Assembly (NCBI GenBank): GCA_964403585.1
Contig: CAYOFQ010000001.1
Location: 443,364 to 507,363, forward strand
Reading direction: 5' to 3'
Length of the DNA stretch: 64,000 bases
Source of the DNA: an uncultured Gammaproteobacteria bacterium
GTDB taxonomy: Bacteria; Patescibacteriota; Microgenomatia; JALYQM01
Below the pieces are notes generated by a model. That model saw only the letters and a program-made list of their open reading frames with translations. It was not told where the DNA came from and did not search any database. A program made the translations under genes and the position numbers. Of this stretch, positions 28,786-37,359 are shown piece by piece; position 1 is the first letter of the stretch, and each line of letters opens with the position of its first letter.

Positions 28786-29340
28786 ATGAATTCCGATATC
28801 ACATTTATCACCGGAAATGCCGGAAAAGTTGCCGAACTACAGCATTTACTGCAAGTACCAATACAAAATCAGAAAATTGACCTGCCTGAGTTACAATCCC
28901 TCGATCTCAAAGAAATTTCAACATTCAAAGCCCAGCAAGCATATAAACAAATAGGGCAACCGGTACTTGTTGAAGATGTAGGTTTAGTTTTCCACGCACT
29001 CAACCGGCTGCCCGGTCCGTTTATCAAATGGTTTTTAAAAGAACTTGACTGTGAAGGTATCTGTCGAATGATGCGCAGCTATGAAGACAAACGGGCTACA
29101 GCAATGATCGTGTATACGTTATACGACGGACAGGAGTTTCAGTATTTTGAAGGGAATCTCAACGGCAGTATTGCATCCGAGCCACGCGGTGATAGCGGAT
29201 TCGGTTGGGACCAGGTCTTTATTCCTGACGGCCAAGATAAAACCTATGCCGAAATGTCCAAAGAAGAAAAAGGCTTAATTTCCCATAGATCGATAGCCGT
29301 CAAAAAATTGCAGACTTATCTCATTGGCAAGAGTAACTAA
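28786..29340 (+). CDS. rdgB: dITP/XTP pyrophosphatase (RdgB/Ham1)
   Basis: ITFITGNAGKVAEL N-terminus and overall Ham1 pattern; 184 aa. Confidence 0.75.
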   Translation: MNSDITFITGNAGKVAELQHLLQVPIQNQKIDLPELQSLDLKEISTFKAQQAYKQIGQPVLVEDVGLVFHALNRLPGPFIKWFLKELDCEGICRMMRSYEDKRATAMIVYTLYDGQEFQYFEGNLNGSIASEPRGDSGFGWDQVFIPDGQDKTYAEMSKEEKGLISHRSIAVKKLQTYLIGKSN

Positions 29341-29583
29341 AAGCTTTAGAATAAAAGCTATGTCCAATCGTGGGATTTTGTATGTTATTTTAGCGTTAGT
29401 CGCTTTAGGAGGAATGATCCCTATTATGGGTAAAATTGGGAGCAGCCTCAGCAGTATACCTGCTCCAACTCCGATTGATGTGCCAAATGCCCTGAGAAAA
29501 GTAGATTCAACATACGCATCAGAAAGTGCACGACCGAAGATCGCAACACCTTCACAAAATACAGCACCTCGGCGGTAATACCT

Positions 29584-31122
29584 ATGGTAGAATTGCATTT
29601 AAATCCGCTGTCCGTATACCAAAAAATACGCAGGGGGAAAATCGATACAGATAAAAAAAAGTATATACAACTCTCCGGAGAGTTGTTTAAGCGCGTCCAG
29701 GTTTTGAAAATATTCCCCGATTCAAAAACATTTACCGATAGCATCCCGTTGTATGATCCAAAGATAATTTTAAAAAAGTATGAACAGGAAAAGGGCCGTA
29801 AAGATTTTAATCTCAAAAACTTTATCTTACAAAATTTTCAGATACCCATTGTGTCCGGCGATTTAATTGAAAATGCAGTTCCGGCCAACCGGTCAGTCGA
29901 AGCGTACATAAATTCTTTATGGTCGGTACTCTATCGCAATCCTGATGTCCAAATCCCCAAACACAGTACCTTAATACCGCTACCGTACCCGTATATTGTA
30001 CCGGGTGGACGCTTCCGTGAAATTTTTTACTGGGACAGTTACTTTACTGCGTTGGGGCTGGTGCAATCCAAAATGACCGACATGGTTAAAAACGTGTGTG
30101 ATAATTTTGCGTACCTTATAGAGAATATCGGGCATATCCCCAACGGCAACCGCATCTATTTCGCAACCCGTTCACAACCACCGGTTTTTGCTTTAATGAT
30201 CGATCTGCTTGCCAAACATACCGACAAACAAATAATTCATTCGTATCTGCCCTATGTCGAAAAAGAATACCGGTTTTGGATGTCGAAGCGAATTGTGGAT
30301 TTGGAAGAAAAATTTACTCTCAATAACTACGGTGACGAAGACGATACTCCACGCGAGGAAGCGTATTTGGAAGAACGCCTTAATGCACATAAAGTACCTG
30401 CCGCGAGGAAGCGCAAATATTACCGGAACAACCGTGCCGCTGCCGAGTCCGGATGGGATTTTTCCGGACGCTGGTTTGCCGACCATCAGAACATCTCCAC
30501 CTCAATTACTTCAGAACTGCTTCCGGTTGATCTTAACTGTTTGCTTTATTTGTACGAAAAGCACTTACATGACTGGTACAAACTAATCGGTGAACCAAAG
30601 AAGGCAGAAAAGTTTCTCCGGGCCGGAACTGACCGGGTGATGCTTATTCAAAAATACATGTATAACTCTCGTGAGAAATTCTTCTTTGACTATAATTATG
30701 TCCAGGAAAAACAGAGTATTTATCCGTCTTTGGCCGGAGTATTCCCGCTGTATGCCGGCATTGCTACACAGGAGCAGGCTCAACATGTTGCCGATCGTTT
30801 ACAAAAAGAATTTTTATTCTCCGGCGGGCTGGTAACCTCCACCCGGGACACCGGAGAACAGTGGGATTATCCGAATGGCTGGGCACCGTTACAGTGGATC
30901 GCCATTCAGGGCTTGAAAAAATACGGGTTTATAACTCTGGCTGGAGAAATCAAAGCCCGCTGGCTGAAGAATTGCGAAAACACATTCAAAAACACCGGCA
31001 ACATGTACGAAAAATATAACGTTGTTAAACCCGCTTTTAAGCCGGAAGATGGAGAATACCCGGTACAAACAGGTTTTGGCTGGACAAACGGAGTCTACGT
31101 CGCACTTCTTCACGACAAATAG
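29584..31122 (+). CDS. treA: Alpha,alpha-trehalase (GH37)
   Basis: Trehalase signature 1 PGGRFREIFYWDSYF and signature 2 QWDYPNGWAPLQW. Confidence 0.85.
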   Translation: MVELHLNPLSVYQKIRRGKIDTDKKKYIQLSGELFKRVQVLKIFPDSKTFTDSIPLYDPKIILKKYEQEKGRKDFNLKNFILQNFQIPIVSGDLIENAVPANRSVEAYINSLWSVLYRNPDVQIPKHSTLIPLPYPYIVPGGRFREIFYWDSYFTALGLVQSKMTDMVKNVCDNFAYLIENIGHIPNGNRIYFATRSQPPVFALMIDLLAKHTDKQIIHSYLPYVEKEYRFWMSKRIVDLEEKFTLNNYGDEDDTPREEAYLEERLNAHKVPAARKRKYYRNNRAAAESGWDFSGRWFADHQNISTSITSELLPVDLNCLLYLYEKHLHDWYKLIGEPKKAEKFLRAGTDRVMLIQKYMYNSREKFFFDYNYVQEKQSIYPSLAGVFPLYAGIATQEQAQHVADRLQKEFLFSGGLVTSTRDTGEQWDYPNGWAPLQWIAIQGLKKYGFITLAGEIKARWLKNCENTFKNTGNMYEKYNVVKPAFKPEDGEYPVQTGFGWTNGVYVALLHDK

Positions 31123-31134
31123 TATAATGGATTC

Positions 31135-31734
31135 ATGCTGAAGACGATTGCAATAATTGTTCTGGCGTTTATTTTTCTGGCAGTAATTTCCTACGTCACC
31201 ATGAGGGTAGTCACCGCACCGCACACGTCACCGTCACCACATCCAAGTGGTTCGGTTGTCGATAATCCTACCACCACCCCAATTACCTCGGCGAGTGCAG
31301 TACCATTTGCAAGTTCGGCTTCCGAGCAGCAAACAATTAAAGTATATTTAGTCGCGCTCGAAGACCAAGGTAAAAGTGGACCTAAAATTGGCTGCGGGGA
31401 TAGTATCATAGCGGTTGACCGTACAGTCACTAAAACTCCTGCAGTACTCAAAGCCACGCTTGACGAATTACTGTCACTGAAGAAAGAAAACTATCAACAA
31501 GCAGGATTATATTCGGCCTTCTATAATTCCGACTTGAAAACAGAGAGCGCTGTTATTGTTAACGGCAAAGCTACCGTTAAGCTAACGGGTGTACTTTCAA
31601 TCGGTGGTGTGTGCGATAACCCGCGCGTACAAGAGCAGCTAACGCAGACCATTAAACAATTTCCAACCGTCAAAGAAGCCGAAATTTTCATTAACAACAA
31701 ACCGATCACCGAGCTCCTGTCTGAAAAAGGATAA
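31135..31734 (+). CDS. GerMN-domain lipoprotein-like protein
   Basis: N-terminal TM anchor, Pro/Ser/Thr linker, then …IKVYLVALEDQGKSGPKIGCGDSIIAVDRTV… GerMN-like. Confidence 0.45.
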   Translation: MLKTIAIIVLAFIFLAVISYVTMRVVTAPHTSPSPHPSGSVVDNPTTTPITSASAVPFASSASEQQTIKVYLVALEDQGKSGPKIGCGDSIIAVDRTVTKTPAVLKATLDELLSLKKENYQQAGLYSAFYNSDLKTESAVIVNGKATVKLTGVLSIGGVCDNPRVQEQLTQTIKQFPTVKEAEIFINNKPITELLSEKG

Positions 31735-31737
31735 TCA

Positions 31738-32685
31738 ATGGTTCGTTTGGGCACTACCTTTAGCCAAATTCAATGTAACTATCTTAAACTCGAATACCAG
31801 GAAACACTGGAAAACATACTCACTTTACCCCTCGAGATAATTCGCGTCTGTGCCTATTGGAACGAGATAGAGCCCGAGCAGGGGAAATATAATTTCACGA
31901 TTCTTGACGCTATTATTAACTCAGTGACAGCAGCAGATAAAAAAATAGTTCTCGCCGTAGGCATAAAATCTCCCCGCTGGCCGGAATTTCATTTTCCGGA
32001 ATGGATTAAAAAACAGTGCAATACCAAATTAGCACACGTACCCATGGACACTCAGTCCGAACTTTCATCATCCGCATTTGACTTTATTAAGGCAGTTCTT
32101 GAACGGTACCGGGATAATAGTTCTATCAAATATATTCAGATAGAAAATGAACCGTTTAATAATTTTAGTTTCGCCGGGAATAAATTTATCAGTTATGCAT
32201 TTGTTCGACGGGCGGTGGCGTTAGCCCGGACACTCTGTCCGGAAAAGAGAATACTTCTTACCAATGCCATAAATCTGGAACCATTCGATTGGGCGCAAGC
32301 ATTCTCAAGTCCGTTTGAAAAGAACCTAACGCTGGCAGACGCTATCGGGGTAAATGTGTATACCAAAGTTCCCATAACGCAGACAACGTACGTCCAGCCG
32401 ACGTTTCTCTTCTGGTGGCGCCTATCCCGTTGGCATAAGCAAATGAAGCATTTTGGAATCGAAAGCTGGATTACCGAGGCACAAAGTGAACCATGGGAAC
32501 ACAATTCCGCAGTACACACCGATAAAGTCGAATACCCCAGCGCGTCGCCACAACGCACCAAGGATCTCGTGAGCCGTTTAACAAATATCGGCTATGAGAC
32601 AATATTGCTCTGGGGAAGCGAGTACTGGTACTGGCATAAAAAGCAGGGGAGAACTGCCTGGTGGGAGGCCATCCAAGAATTATGA
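31738..32685 (+). CDS. Glycoside hydrolase, clan GH-A (GH5/GH113-like)
   Basis: YIQIENEP (acid/base NEP) and WITEAQ (nucleophile ITE) spacing typical of (beta/alpha)8 GH-A enzymes. Confidence 0.45.
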   Translation: MVRLGTTFSQIQCNYLKLEYQETLENILTLPLEIIRVCAYWNEIEPEQGKYNFTILDAIINSVTAADKKIVLAVGIKSPRWPEFHFPEWIKKQCNTKLAHVPMDTQSELSSSAFDFIKAVLERYRDNSSIKYIQIENEPFNNFSFAGNKFISYAFVRRAVALARTLCPEKRILLTNAINLEPFDWAQAFSSPFEKNLTLADAIGVNVYTKVPITQTTYVQPTFLFWWRLSRWHKQMKHFGIESWITEAQSEPWEHNSAVHTDKVEYPSASPQRTKDLVSRLTNIGYETILLWGSEYWYWHKKQGRTAWWEAIQEL

Positions 32686-33458
32686 ACCCGGATAAATTTA
32701 TTTACTTTCACAAAAAATTGGGAACGTTTATTTTAATTTTCCTAACAGTCTACTTGTTAACCGGCATCAGCTTGTGGTTATTCTCTATTTACTCTTCGGG
32801 GCATGAAATGCGTAAACCAACCTCACGCTATGTGGACAATCATCGCCAGGAATTACGCAATTCACTCTTTGGGTCCATATTTGCCGATGCCCGGCGCTGT
32901 CCTAATTTCGAAAAAGCAACTGAACAGGAACAATGCGAAAAAGAAATTACCTACCGCATGGCGATCCTAATTAAAGAGGAGGAATTCCTTAATGAGCATA
33001 AATACGGGTGGCCCCACGATCTCTTTTTTGTTAAGCAGGAAGCCACTAATTTTTACCGGCTCGGCTGGGATGGTCATATCGTCAACATTACTGAAACTGT
33101 CGACAAAGACCTGGTAGATAATCGCACCCCGTTTACTTTTCGGGTTCTCGCCCATCAATGCCATATTTTTGATGCAACATTAGATTGGATGCCCGATTGC
33201 CAAATATTCGAAAGAATTGACCTGGGGAATTCTGACACCGGGTATGTTGTGCGCCGGGTCGGCGTGGGTTCAGAAAACTATGACTTTATGTTCTACACCG
33301 TTTTCCCGCCACTTATCGTACTGGCTTTACTCAGAGGAAATTTCGATTCGGTAATACTGCTGATGCTGGCTATTTTTATCATCACCCCGTTGATCATCAC
33401 TACCATCATTATGAAAACACTATCCTGGTATCAGAGGCGAAAAACACACGGTACATAA
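32661..33458 (+). CDS. Hypothetical membrane protein
   Basis: N- and C-terminal TM helices; no recognisable family. Confidence 0.35.
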   Translation: MGGHPRIMNPDKFIYFHKKLGTFILIFLTVYLLTGISLWLFSIYSSGHEMRKPTSRYVDNHRQELRNSLFGSIFADARRCPNFEKATEQEQCEKEITYRMAILIKEEEFLNEHKYGWPHDLFFVKQEATNFYRLGWDGHIVNITETVDKDLVDNRTPFTFRVLAHQCHIFDATLDWMPDCQIFERIDLGNSDTGYVVRRVGVGSENYDFMFYTVFPPLIVLALLRGNFDSVILLMLAIFIITPLIITTIIMKTLSWYQRRKTHGT

Positions 33459-33803
33459 GAACTTTTCTTGTGCTTTTGAATAGTGTATGGTAGGCATATG
33501 GCTGAAAAATCACCGAAGCACTATGTAGAAACCCAGCGTATTGGGGGAACAACAAAAACTGAGCTCAAAAAAGGTGACACTATCCACGTTGCCGGTGGTG
33601 AGTCTGGATTAAGCCATCTCCTGTACAGTAAAGAAATTCGTCGCTTAAATGACGGTTCTGAATATGCTTTTGGTAAATTTCTCGGCTTTCCTACCCACCG
33701 TCGTATTAGTACGGTAGTTAACGGACGTGCCGCTATTCCTGAACTTCGTGCGCCAATGCTTCTTGGCGGAGAACAACATTTCGTTAAAGTTGAAACTGCT
33801 TAA

Positions 33804-34424
33804 TTACGACTCAAATTGAGCAACAACCCTTACAGGAGCAGCTTCGGTCTCATATTTTGCCGGGAGTGCGATTACCGTAAATGGGCCGGCATCGAGCAGC
33901 TTTTCCAGATTCACCAGATTTTCAATAATTAAAACCTCTGCTCCAAGCAAAGCTTTGTGGGTTTCAAACGGATCATGATCCGGACTGGCTGAATCGGAAC
34001 CGACAAGTGAAACACCTGCATCTATTAACCGCTGGGCAAATGCGACAGTCATATCTGGGTAATCCGTAAAATATGCCTCTTCACTGAAGCGCGACGACCA
34101 GCCAGTACATACTAAAACAATATCGCCGGCCTGCAAGGCTACCCCATCTAGCAGATCAACATCGATCATTTTTCTTTCCCGCGCATCGAGGGCAATACCT
34201 CGTCCAAAAAACTTCTCCACCGGCATCTCGTGCATCCGCTTACCATTGGAAATAAAATGAAGCGGTGCATCAAGATGGGTGCCAACATGCATTCCGGTGG
34301 TAACTTCACACCAGGTAAAACCGTCCGCTTCGACTGTATTAACCGTTTTTACAGCAGGCTGGGGATCGCCAGGGTAAACGGCTAATTGGTCATTAAAACT
34401 GCGCGTAAGATCTAAGTAGTGCAT
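33804..34424 (-). CDS. Cyclase-family protein / kynurenine formamidase-like
   Basis: HVGTHLDAPLHF metal-binding motif of the cyclase (KynB) family. Confidence 0.7.
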   Translation of the reverse strand: MHYLDLTRSFNDQLAVYPGDPQPAVKTVNTVEADGFTWCEVTTGMHVGTHLDAPLHFISNGKRMHEMPVEKFFGRGIALDARERKMIDVDLLDGVALQAGDIVLVCTGWSSRFSEEAYFTDYPDMTVAFAQRLIDAGVSLVGSDSASPDHDPFETHKALLGAEVLIIENLVNLEKLLDAGPFTVIALPAKYETEAAPVRVVAQFES

Positions 34425-34427
34425 ATT

Positions 34428-34847
34428 CTATTTTACTTGCATCTCGGGGTAGGAGACACAAGCCTGATTATGATTTTCCCGGATTGTATCAACCGAATAG
34501 CCTTTATTCAATGGACTTACCATCAGAGATACCCGGGTTTTAAGATCACCATGATCACTGCGCACCTGATTCATACAGGTATTAAAAGCCTGAATAGCGT
34601 CATGAGCGCGTGAACATACTTCTATTGATGAATTACTTGTTTCAGACGTTACTGTAGCAATAACTTTACTCTTGGTATAACAATCGGCAATTGCCTGACG
34701 TGCGTCGGCGGTCATTGGCTTGGAGAGGAGATATCCTCCGAGTAAAACTATGATAATGAGTATGATAACGGTAACGGGTTTTGACATAGAGCAGCCTCCT
34801 AGAGTATATTCTATACCGTTAGCTGCCCGGCGCAAGGGTAAAAGCAA
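34428..34847 (-). CDS. Hypothetical membrane-anchored Cys-containing protein
   Basis: TM helix IILIIIVLLGGYLL then periplasmic region with 4 Cys. Confidence 0.35.
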   Translation of the reverse strand: MLLPLRRAANGIEYTLGGCSMSKPVTVIILIIIVLLGGYLLSKPMTADARQAIADCYTKSKVIATVTSETSNSSIEVCSRAHDAIQAFNTCMNQVRSDHGDLKTRVSLMVSPLNKGYSVDTIRENHNQACVSYPEMQVK

Positions 34848-34907
34848 TAAATCAGGTCTTTCTCAGGAAAAACCAGTATAAACTATTGACAGATCATTAC
34901 TATTAAA

Positions 34908-35477
34908 ATGAAAGGAACTATCATGGAAGAAGCATCACAGAATAAACCTGCCGGTACCGAAAAAAAGAAGGGGGGGATGGGACCAATAGTAGCGATTATT
35001 GCGATTCTGGCAATACTTGGAATCGGCTTAGCAGTTATGGGAAGCAAGAACAAAGAAGCGAACGAGGCAAAGCCTTCAAATGGAGATTCTACTATTACTG
35101 AAGAAACTAGCGAACAATCTACACTTCAAAATACTGTCGCGTCAGCAACACCGCAAGCAGAGGTAAACGGAGCCGAAACAGCCACTGCGCAAACAGGTGA
35201 AGCTCAGGTAATTAATGTTGAAGCCGGATCTTTTTATTATAAACCGGACACAATTACCGTTAAAAAAGGTCAAAAAGTTAAAGTTGTTATGAAGTCAGTT
35301 GATATGATGCACGACTTCAACATCGATGAATTGGGTGTTAAAGTACCGATCGCCAAGTCCGGAGAAACCGCCACTGCCGAATTTACCGCCGATAAAGTCG
35401 GAACATTTGAATATTATTGTTCTGTCGGCAAGCACCGCGCCAACGGCCAGGTTGGAAAAATCACTGTAACAGAGTAA
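34908..35477 (+). CDS. Cupredoxin-domain (blue-copper-like) protein, membrane-anchored
   Basis: TM anchor, linker, then …MMHDFNI…FEYYCSVGKHRANGQ… His/Cys/His/Met ligand spacing of plastocyanin/azurin-like fold. Confidence 0.55.
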   Translation: MKGTIMEEASQNKPAGTEKKKGGMGPIVAIIAILAILGIGLAVMGSKNKEANEAKPSNGDSTITEETSEQSTLQNTVASATPQAEVNGAETATAQTGEAQVINVEAGSFYYKPDTITVKKGQKVKVVMKSVDMMHDFNIDELGVKVPIAKSGETATAEFTADKVGTFEYYCSVGKHRANGQVGKITVTE

Positions 35478-35497
35478 TAAAAAACAAATGTTAATCC

Positions 35498-35528
35498 AAG
35501 GAGGGCTCATCAGAGCCCTCTAGTATTT
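35498..35528. terminator. Hairpin between convergent genes (bidirectional terminator candidate)
   Basis: gagggctc-atca-gagccctc perfect 8-bp stem, T-rich on plus side. Confidence 0.45.
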
Positions 35529-36093
35529 AGAAAATTGAGGAAACCTCGAGCAGAAAAAATATGCCCAGACAGTTGAGTACGAATGACAACGCAATAAATT
35601 TATAGGTATTCATTTTTGCTATACCCATCAAACTTACACCTATCTCATCAGGCAGCGGTGAAGCTATGATCAGTGCCCCAATCAGCGGAAGTGTCCACAT
35701 CGTGTACCGGGTGTGTAGTATACGGTTAATATGTCGACCGCCGAAACGAAAATAAAGATAACTCAGTTCGTCCATTATTGAATATTTCACAAAACGAAAG
35801 ATAAGCAGATCTCCTAGCACGCTGCCCAAGCCTGCCAATAGTGTCATCTCCCAAATGGAATGCTGCTCAGATAAAATAAGTAAAATGACAACAGCCGGTG
35901 CAACCGTAAACGTCGAAACAAACAACATCCCTGCAATAACTATGCCGAAATGTCCATATTCTCCGAATGAAAGCAGAAAGTCATGAAAAAACTGAAAACG
36001 TGAGAGCAATAAAGCCAGCACAATGCTCGCAGCGAGAAGCATACAGTTCTTACATTCTCCTAAACTCATTTTCCGGTTGCGAGCCATACTCAA
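35527..36093 (-). CDS. DedA/TVP38-family membrane protein
   Basis: …GRHINRILH… and …SPLPDEIGVSLMGIAKMN… DedA-like motifs; 4-5 TM. Confidence 0.5.
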   Translation of the reverse strand: MSMARNRKMSLGECKNCMLLAASIVLALLLSRFQFFHDFLLSFGEYGHFGIVIAGMLFVSTFTVAPAVVILLILSEQHSIWEMTLLAGLGSVLGDLLIFRFVKYSIMDELSYLYFRFGGRHINRILHTRYTMWTLPLIGALIIASPLPDEIGVSLMGIAKMNTYKFIALSFVLNCLGIFFLLEVSSIF

Positions 36094-36183
36094 AGTATAG
36101 CAGAGACAACACTCACTTGCAGCAATAAAAAAGCAGTGATACTGTGGAGTTACTAATAGTAATTCTAATTTAAAAGGAGTTTT

Positions 36184-36750
36184 ATGGCAGACATTGCAAC
36201 ATCCATGCGCGATGCCTTGAATTCAGTCGTTGCCAGTACCGGCGACGTAGTTGAAACAGCACGCGACGTAACCAAGGATAATATCAAAGGAGTTTTAAAA
36301 GCCACCGGAGATGTCGCCGCGACCACCGTTGATACCGTCGCGGATGTCGTGGAATCGGGTATCAAAGGCGTTGCCGAAACCGGAGTATCTGTTGCACAGG
36401 GAATAACCGGTATGGTCTCCGGTGCCGTCGATGGTGCGCGGGACATTGGTAAAGACGTTGGAAAAACTGCCGAGGGTGCCGCCCGCGGAGTTATCAAAGG
36501 AATTCACAATGTTGGTGGTGACCTTGGCGAAGCCGCTGTTTCTTCAGTGCAGGGAATTATTAAGTCCGCTGCCGACGTTGGTGCAGATACCGGCGAGCTT
36601 GCTAAAAGTGCAGTACTTGGAACTATTCATGCTGCCGATGAAATTGGCTCAGAAGCAGGTAGTGTTGTCCGAAAAGCTTTGTTAAGCACCGCTGCGCTTC
36701 CACACGATATTATTGATGCCATGTTGCATGGGGTAAAAGAAGAAAAATAA
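36184..36750 (+). CDS. Repeat protein built from ~11-residue amphipathic repeats (LEA/apolipoprotein-like)
   Basis: Tandem variants of G-D-V-x-E-T-A-R-D-V / G-V-A-E-T-G-V-S-V / D-V-G-K-T-A-E-G-A; no TM, no Cys. Confidence 0.55.
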   Translation: MADIATSMRDALNSVVASTGDVVETARDVTKDNIKGVLKATGDVAATTVDTVADVVESGIKGVAETGVSVAQGITGMVSGAVDGARDIGKDVGKTAEGAARGVIKGIHNVGGDLGEAAVSSVQGIIKSAADVGADTGELAKSAVLGTIHAADEIGSEAGSVVRKALLSTAALPHDIIDAMLHGVKEEK

Positions 36751-36802
36751 TTTTTTTACTCGGTGAACGAAAATAACGCTTCCTAAAAAGAGGCGCGTTT
36801 TT

Positions 36803-37209
36803 TTACGAGTTAAATACCTGATAGTCACCACTCTCCAGATACCGGTTTATATACTCATCGCGCTGTATCGAAGGGTTTATCTCGACTAATTTGCGGAGCA
36901 AGCTTAAACTGACCACACTTGGCTTTCGTTCGATGACCAGCTTGTCCATTATGCTTGTGGGGGATGAATCGTATTCATGACCACCGGCGAAAGCCGGTTC
37001 ACGAAAGAATACCATTTATTATTATACCGGGCGTCAAAAGAATATGCCGCGCCATTCTTGCCTACATTCACATAGGTTCTCCGGATTTCGGTAATTTGAG
37101 CAACCGGGATGGCAGTTATTGAAAACCATCCGGTTACATAAAGAGTAGTTCCCTCCAACCAGGCCAAGGGACCAAAAGTTTGATGTTTAATTGCTTCAAA
37201 AAATGACAT
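36803..37209 (-). pseudogene. Hypothetical gene split by frameshift (two overlapping ORFs 36949..37209 and 36803..37015)
   Basis: Two same-strand ORFs overlap by ~65 nt in different frames; consistent with a frameshift or sequencing error. Confidence 0.35.
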
Positions 37210-37359
37210 TAATGAAATTATACGCTAATTCTAATGGAGAAAAAGTCCCTAAAAACAAGATCTACCCGGCAGGAACGGGTTTAAGGAAAGCCATTCCTTC
37301 TATCATCGGGAAAATCACAGCTCAGAGGTATATACCCTATAGCGTAGTATTATAATATT

